A DNA stretch of 64,000 nucleotides from Eledone cirrhosa (lineage: Eukaryota), in contig OZ024740.1 of assembly GCA_964016885.1 (NCBI GenBank), forward strand, positions 373,860,001 to 373,924,000, read 5' to 3'. Shown here one piece after another: positions 56,993 to 64,000 of this stretch. The notes under the pieces were generated by a model. That model was given only the letters and a program-made list of their open reading frames with translations. It searched no databases and was not told the DNA's origin. Made by a program: the position numbers and the translations under genes. Within the stretch, counting starts at the first letter, position 1. Every line of letters begins with the position of its first letter.

Positions 56993-57206
56993 GGCGGCCT
57001 ACGTAGTAAATCGTATCATCGTGAGCTCCGCAAATGTTTGTATTTTCCGTTGTTTAAAATTGCCATTTATGGAACATTTTTATTGTTAACTGTATATAAG
57101 TGCACATACATTGATTTCTGAAAAGGAAACTCAAAAATATAGGGGCCTTGTGCCCAAAATTTGAACTTTTTATAATTATCAAACAAAAATTTTTCTTTGA
57201 AAAATA

Positions 57207-59040
57207 ATGGATATCTCAGAGTCACTCCTTCCTCACACTCTAACACCTCACACCGACACCAACATTGTAAATATTGCTACGTTTGCCAACACTGGAAATG
57301 TAAGCAGTTCCAATATTTTAAATTTGTCTCAGGCAGATGTTCATTCCCCGTCATTACCAATGACTGCAGGTGTTAAAGCCGCCACCACCACCAACACCAC
57401 GACAACCACCACCCCTACCACCACCACCACAGCGGCAACAGAAACAAATGAAAAAATAAATTAACTTGTGATATCGAAATGAATTCAACCAAAATGAACT
57501 CCTCCACACCGAACACCACTGACCCCACCACCACCACAACTGAAAATGAAATTAACAATAGCAAAAGTAACGATAACAACAACAGCAACAATGGAATTAA
57601 GAAAACTGCCCTTAGTTTTGCCAGAGTAGCAAAAACGTGCGAAGCGATCCAGGTAACTCAGGAGGAATTAGAAGAAGCCAAAGGAATGGTAAAGAAAGAT
57701 GGGTACAGGGTCAGCCTCACCCCCACCTAATAAAATGGAGCAACGTCGCCTATGCACCGTGTCTTATCGGACAATTAACATAAAATCGCGCCGAGTGGAA
57801 CGGGCATCCGAGTCCCAAATCCAAAAAGCTTTGGGACATGTGTTGGCAAAAAAAAACACATCAGACGTGGGCAGAAGTATGGAACCGTGGATGTGTTCTT
57901 TGAAACACCAGAGGAGGCCAGAGAACACTCCATGGCCCCATTAAAAAGTGACGACTTCACACTCGTCCCAAGCTATTGTGGCCAGAGACTTGTGAATATC
58001 AGGGTGACCCACGTTCCACCGGCCATCGAAATTCCCTGGCTAATGGCTGCCGTCCTTGCCGGCATCGAGGCCAACACCAAAATAATAGAAATAGCAAAAG
58101 AAAAGCAGGAGAACTGGTCCGGATCTGGGATGGAGCTCCTGATCCAAGCGGACCATAAAGCATTGAGGAGATCCCAGAGGTAATAGACCTCAATGACGGC
58201 AGCCACCTCACCGTAATCGTCGAGGGCAGAAGACCTAGGTGTGTCGTTTGTGGTGAAATCCCACCAAAGGGCTTTCTGCCCTCAGGCTAAAAGGTTGAAG
58301 CCACGTCTCTTACCCACCCCAGTGACTCAACCATCAACACCACCAGCAGCAGAAATGGCAGCAACAGCTGTAGCAGCAACAATAGAAGCAACTGTAACAG
58401 CAACAACCCCAGCAACAGTAGCAAAACCACCACCACCACCACCACCCAACGCGCCAGAACTAGCACCAGCGCCTACACCATCCACCACGCCACAAACAAA
58501 ACCAACGCCTGTGGAGTATTTTACACTCCCCGGCTTATCGCAACTGGAGACAGATTGTGACGACGAGGAGTGGGAAACGGTATCAGGAAAAAAAAGAAAG
58601 AAACCAAAAAAGAAAAAAATCTCTTCCTTCCCCCTCCAAAAACAAAATACAGAGGGAAACAAATAAATTAACAAACAAAAAAGTTAGGACAGATATGCCA
58701 CCATCCACACTAGCATCATCAACACAATCACCACAAACACCAACACCATTACCATCATTAACCCCAACACCACCATCGCCAACACCACAAAAGTCACCAA
58801 AAAGCGTAACAGAAACAAACGCAAACAAAACAAAACAACTAAAACGATACACACTACACAGCATTAAATTTGAACAACAACCAATTATTACACTACATGC
58901 AACACAACACCAGCATCACAGAAAAAGACTACACAACAACCCAAATGTTCACTCGCATCACACAGAAAAAGTAAACGACACTGAAACAAAAATTCTCCAA
59001 AGACATCGGAGACTTCCGACACACACTCTCAAGGAGGATT
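57207..59040 (+). pseudogene. LINE ORF1 (gag-like, frameshifted; CCHC knuckle)
   Basis: SFARVAK; DVFFET; VNIRVTHVPPAI; VIVEGRRPRCVVCG/SHQRAFC (frameshifted CCHC); EEWETVSGKKRKK. Confidence 0.8.
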
Positions 59041-59141
59041 AATAAGGACATCCTTCCGGAGGAGGCCACAAGCAGTGAAAAGGATGGACAAACCATCCTT
59101 CCTCTACGAGAAGTAAGGTAAGTGGTCTTTCCCATTTCAAC

Positions 59142-62100
59142 ATGACTTTTCTCAGAATAGGCAGCATAAATGCGAGTGTTTTGGGGTCGTCATGGAAGCA
59201 GGGCCACCTGCACAACGACCTCAGGTCACTAAACATAGATGTAGTGGAGATCAGCGAGACCAGAATCTCCGAAGCAAGGGCCTTCGCACCGATCTTCGGC
59301 GGCTACGATGTGTACGCATCTCCCAGCCGTCCGGGATCAGGCGGTGGAGTTGCTGTGCTTTTTCGGAGAGGTTTGGATCTTGCCATACGAGCCATCTTCC
59401 TGGAGCCAGAAAGTAAGTTGGTGGTGCTGGACGTGACCAGCGGAGACGGGCAAGCTTTCAGGTTAGTGGCCGTCTATGCCCCGACAGGAGCAGGGCGGCC
59501 TGATTTCTTCCGGCGTCTGGAGACCTTTCTTGGAACGTCCCGCTCTTTAGTGTTAGTGGGCGACTGGAACGGGATCTTAGATGCACGCTGGGATTGTGTG
59601 GGATTAGTGGATAGGGAAGGAGGGTGCAAGAATCTCACCAACCTGCTCAGACGTTTTGAACTGTCTGACAGGTACTGAATGGATTTCCCGAATGTACCAA
59701 TGTGGACTTGGACAAATCGCATAGGGTCATCCAGATCATATCTAGATAGAGTATTTTGTAGGGAAATAGATAGGTCTAGCATAGGCTGTCCACAATTCAA
59801 GATAGTCAGCTACACGGACCACAAATTCGTGATCTGTGTGCTTGACTTAGATAGGCTTCATAGACGAGGACCCGGCTACTGGAAGCTAAACGCGTCCTTA
59901 CCAGCGCGCAAGGTCTACAGAGACCGGATTAGCGAACTAGTTAAGCGGGCGTTGACGGGGGCCATCGTCAACAACAAGTGGTGGTTTGCTCTGAAAAGAG
60001 CAATTAGAATAGAGTCCATTAGGTTTAGTAAGACTTTAGTAATAGAAAAAAATAGAGCAGAGGGAGAATTAGTTAGAACATTAGATGAGGCGCTTAGCAA
60101 AGGCATCGCGACTGACGTACTTGCGGCGAAATTGGCCCTTGACCAATTCTTCAATGCAAAGTACGAAGGCTGCGTTGTCAGAGCTAGGGTGCGTGCTCTC
60201 AGACACGAGGGCACGAAAGCCGTTCAATGGGCCCGAGTGGCGGAGGCGCGTCGTGGCAACAAAGCCACGATCCGGTCTTTGGTGGACCACGACGGGCGCA
60301 TGCTACTCGATCCCGGGCAATGTGTGAAGCTTTTCAGCGACACTTCGCTCAACTGTTCGGGGCCAGTGGCGGGCCGGAACGAGGGATGGACTTTAGTGTA
60401 TACCTCGACGGACTGCCGCGAGGTTCGGCCACTGAGGCGAAGTGTTGCGAACAGCCGATAACAACCGCTGAAGTACGGGATGCAATGACTAGTTGCACAA
60501 GGGGTAAATCGCCTAGTTTGGATGGTCTGCCCTATGAACTTTACGTACAAATGCCAGACTTGTTCGGAGGTCTCTTGGCGGATGTCTACTGCAACTGGCA
60601 ACAAAACGGGAGAATTCCCAGCTCTGTGAGCCGAGGAGCGGTGGCGCTGCTGAGAAAGGATCCGAACAAGGGGGATAACATAGATTATTTTAGGCCCATA
60701 ACTCTGCTAAACACAGAGTTCAAGATTTTGGCCAAGGTGCTAGCAAAGAGGTTGGCGCTTGTCGTTGGTGGTCTGGTGGGAGAGGCACAGACATGCACCA
60801 TTCCCGACAGATCCATCCACGAAAACCTCCACCTCATGCGATACATCGTAGAGAGGGTAGCTAGGGAACCTGGCACGGGTGTGTCTTTGATCAATTTAGA
60901 TCAGTCGAAAGCCTTCAATAGGGTCGACCATCGTTACCTAGCGGCAGTCCTGAGGGCGGCTGTCTTTAGGCCCGTCTTCAGAGGCTGGATCGCTGCCATG
61001 CACAGCGACATCTGCTCTGTAGTGAGAGTGAACGGTCACCTTTCGGAACCGTTCAACATCATGCGCTCCGTCCGCCAAAGATGTCCCCTCTCGTCCCTAT
61101 TGTACGTATTGACTCTCGAGCCATTACTCCTCAAACTAGAGACGTTGAGGGGGTCCCGCGCAAACGAGGATGCGGAAGATCCGTGTCAGCATATGCCAAC
61201 GATGTCACCGTAGTGGTGTCGAACGCCAAACACATCGAGGCGATCGGCACTACACTAAGAGAATACGAAGCGGTGACAGGAGCAATGATCAACCAGGAAA
61301 AGTCAGGGGGCCTGCAGCTCGGCACCTGGAGAGGAAGGTCCATGCCGTCCAACAGCGACGTCGGGCGCTGGACGGACGGACCAGTTAAATTGCTCGGGGT
61401 CTGGTTCGGCCCCGATCTTCAGACGGACAAAAACTGGGACGAGGTGACGAGCAGGGTGGCTTCTCTCACCCAAAAATGGGCCGGAGGAAGCTATCCCTGA
61501 AATGTTCAGCTGAGGTGGCTAACGCGTATATCGCGTCCGTCATCTACTACCGCCTGACAGTCGTACCTTGTCCTAAGCCCCGCCTGACTGCGCTGGAGCG
61601 TTTGCTCTTTCGCTTTTTGTGGAAGGGACGCGCTCCGATGATAAGGCGGTCCATCTGCTGTCAACACCCGCTACGTGGAGGGCTGGGAATGCCGTGGCTG
61701 ATGATGCGCAGACACGCGCTCAGGCTACGACACATCCACCTCTTCCTCGATGGTGATCAGGTGTGGTTTCCGTTTTCTAGACGCGTCTTTCCCCAGCTCG
61801 TCTCCTTGACGGAGCTGCAGTCCTGGGTCAAGCGAAGACCGAGAGGGAGCGCTTGGAGACTGGAATGTCTTCAGGCGCTCACAACCCTCGACTAATCTGG
61901 CAATGTGATCGGTGGAAACTCCACTTGGTGTTCTATAGAGGATTAGTGGAGGGGAAGACGACCACGTACTTGGGGAAACTCTATGCGTCGACGAAAATCA
62001 ACTAGCCAATCTCTTCGGAAGAACTTTCGGGCCGGGTCCTATGGACAACTTCCAGAAATCTCTGGCCTGACAGTGCTACCGAGGATCGTTGCCTGTTCGG

Positions 62101-62522
62101 GATAAACTCTACAGGCATGGAGGAGTCGTCAGCCGGCCTCTCCGAGATGCGTGAAGGGCGACGAAACCATCCTACATGCACTCGTCCAGTGTCCGAGCAT
62201 TGCTGAATTGTAGGACGGATCCGGCTATCAGCTGAGTCCATCGTGAGGATGTCCCGCCCTCTTCGTTTAGCCGGGAAGGGCAGGCAGTTTTATCTGTATG
62301 TTGGCCATGGCGAATTAGATAGTATGGTGGACACGTTTGAAAGGGCTGAAAACGAGCACTTACCTCTTTCGTGATTCCCTGATTACATTTTACAAATTTC
62401 ATTTGAAAAGGAAAATCAGGGGAGAAAGTGAAATGCTCTCTTCCCAGCATTTTGTTGAAAGATGGGTGAGAGAGGCAAGAATGGCGCGAGTGAATGGGCC
62501 TATTCTGAGTATGTGTCTGTAA
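59142..62522 (+). pseudogene. LINE ORF2: APE endonuclease + reverse transcriptase, with stops and frameshifts
   Basis: IGSINAS; ISETR; VAVYAPT; LVGDWN; YLDRVF; YTDH; GYWKLN; KSPSLDGLPYE; FRPITLLN; LDQSKAFNRVDH; RQRCPLS; AYANDV. Confidence 0.95.
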
Positions 62523-62771
62523 ATTAAAGGTGGAAAACTGGGAGAGGGCACTTGCCCTGGTGGTCAGGGTCACTGTGGCTTTTTAATGGGCTTTCTCCAC
62601 GAATGTCCCTCGGAAGTCTCCCCCCTATTTTGGGATTTTTTCATTGTTCTATTATTACATCCTCTGTTTCTTGTTTTTTACACGCAGAAATGCCCATTTG
62701 TACCGCCCTGTATTGTCCTGTACTGTCCTTAATGTCTACTTTATGTAGATCGTTGTGGTTAATAAAGAAAG

Positions 62772-62805
<34 letters not shown>

Positions 62806-63231
62806 GGCGACCTACGTAGTAAATCGTATCATCGTGAGCTCCGCAAAGTTTTGTTATTTCCGTTTGTTAAAAATTGCCATTTATGGAAAATTTTTATTGT
62901 TAACCATATATAAGCGCACATACATTGTCTTCCGAAAAGGACACCCAAAAAGATTGGGGCCTTGTGCCCAAAATTTAAACTTTTATGATCATCAAAAATT
63001 TCTTTGAAAAAAAAATGGCTAATTCACCTCTGTGGTCAGGGCCAATGTGGTCTTTTAATGGGCTTTCTCCACAAACGTCCCTCGGAAGTCTCCCCCCTAT
63101 TGGGGAATTTTTCTTTGTTATTTTATTTCATCCTCTGTTTATTTTACACGCAGAAATGCCCATTTGTACCGTCCTGTATTGTCCTGTACTGTCCTTAATG
63201 TCTACTTTATGTAAACCCGTTATGTAAACCC
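62806..63231 (+). mobile_element. Non-autonomous mini-derivative of the Tx1 element (5' UTR fused to 3' UTR)
   Basis: 62806-63018 matches 56993-57210; ~63027-63215 matches ~62555-62745; flanked by (ATT)n. Confidence 0.9.
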
Positions 63232-63276
<45 letters not shown>

Positions 63277-63277
<1 letters not shown>

Positions 63278-64000
63278 TCGTTGAGTCTCAGTCATTGGTG
63301 TTAGTTAACTGGAACGTTTGTTGAAATGAATATCAAGACACTACCTGCAGCCTCAGATATTCAGTACGTATCGGAGGGTTCTTGCTGTTCCCAGCAAGCA
63401 TGCCTTTTGAAGCGTTCCAAAAAGCACGTAGGAGCCAAGTTTCTTTAACCATCACTGGAAACTTTTTGAGATAGTCCCTATTGCGCCTATGACAATCGGG
63501 ATCACTTTCACTTCATGGCAGATCCAAATCCTTTTTACCTCACACTTTAAGTCCTGGTATCGGTTAATTTTCTCCGTCTCCTTCTGTTGCACTCTCGTTT
63601 CGAATGGGCAGGCCACATCCACAATCAGGCACGATCTTTTCTCTTCGTCCACAACCACCAGGTCAGGTTTATTGTGTTCCAGTTTCTTATCCGTCTGTAT
63701 CCGAAAATCCCACACCACCTTCACCTGATCGTTCTCTATCACCGACTCTGGCTTATGCTCATACCACTTCTCAGAATGTCGTAAATTGTTTACTTTGCAT
63801 AGGTGCCAGTGGATCACCCTGCCCATCACATCATGTCTCCAGCCCTTATAGTGAGTCTGGGCTAGGTTTTTACACTCGGATACAATGTGAGCCACAGTCT
63901 CTTCTCTTTCTCCACAGATCCTGCACAGTGGGCTAGCCTCCTCCTTGTAAATATGGTGTTTCAACCACTTCGTTTTGAGGGCCTGCTCCTGCGCAGCCAT
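63277..64000 (-). mobile_element. 3' end of R4/Dong-clade element (CCHC + RLE), runs off the window
   Basis: AAQEQAL...CRICGEREETVAHIVSEC...RHD...WDFRIQTD...KPDLVV...IVDVACP...YQDL...VIPIVIGAIG; 3' end abuts (TAA)n. Confidence 0.93.

Larger units (their letters stand above)
56993..62772 (+). mobile_element. Full-length decayed Tx1/L1-clade LINE embedded in (ATT)n
   Basis: 5' UTR, broken ORF1, APE-RT ORF2, 3' UTR with aataaa then (ATT)n; (ATT)n also directly 5'. Confidence 0.92.

Noticed and set aside
56993-57040. HDV-like ribozyme at the Tx1 5' end
   Set aside because: Could not fit the P1/P1.1/P2/P3 nested pseudoknot

Overview
AT-rich, microsatellite-laden eukaryotic (metazoan) non-genic DNA. 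The SINE families resemble those I associate with octopod cephalopods (inference). I found no intact host protein-coding gene, and most ORF-track entries are (TA)n/(CA)n artefacts. The left ~45 kb is dominated by Penelope-like element (PLE; RT + GIY-YIG) fragments and non-coding derivatives inserted in (TA)n, many arranged as fold-backs (a 5' inverted copy of the 3' terminal repeat). At least ten unrelated type I hammerhead ribozyme (HHR) motifs, intact or decayed, occur in these elements. The highlight is a near-identical 5-copy, ~469-bp non-coding tandem array (10744-13092). Each unit carries an intact minimal HHR, an octamer motif and a terminal hairpin, making it a candidate retrozyme / satellite-2-like circular RNA system, with a fold-back/inversion at its 5' junction. 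The right ~14 kb is a (TAA/TTA)n-associated pile-up of R4/Dong-type RT-RLE elements, a full-length decayed Tx1/L1-type LINE, a precise UTR-only mini-derivative of it, and SINEs. A non-autonomous Helitron and a CRE-clade fragment are also present. All calls were made by eye; coordinates of decayed elements are approximate.
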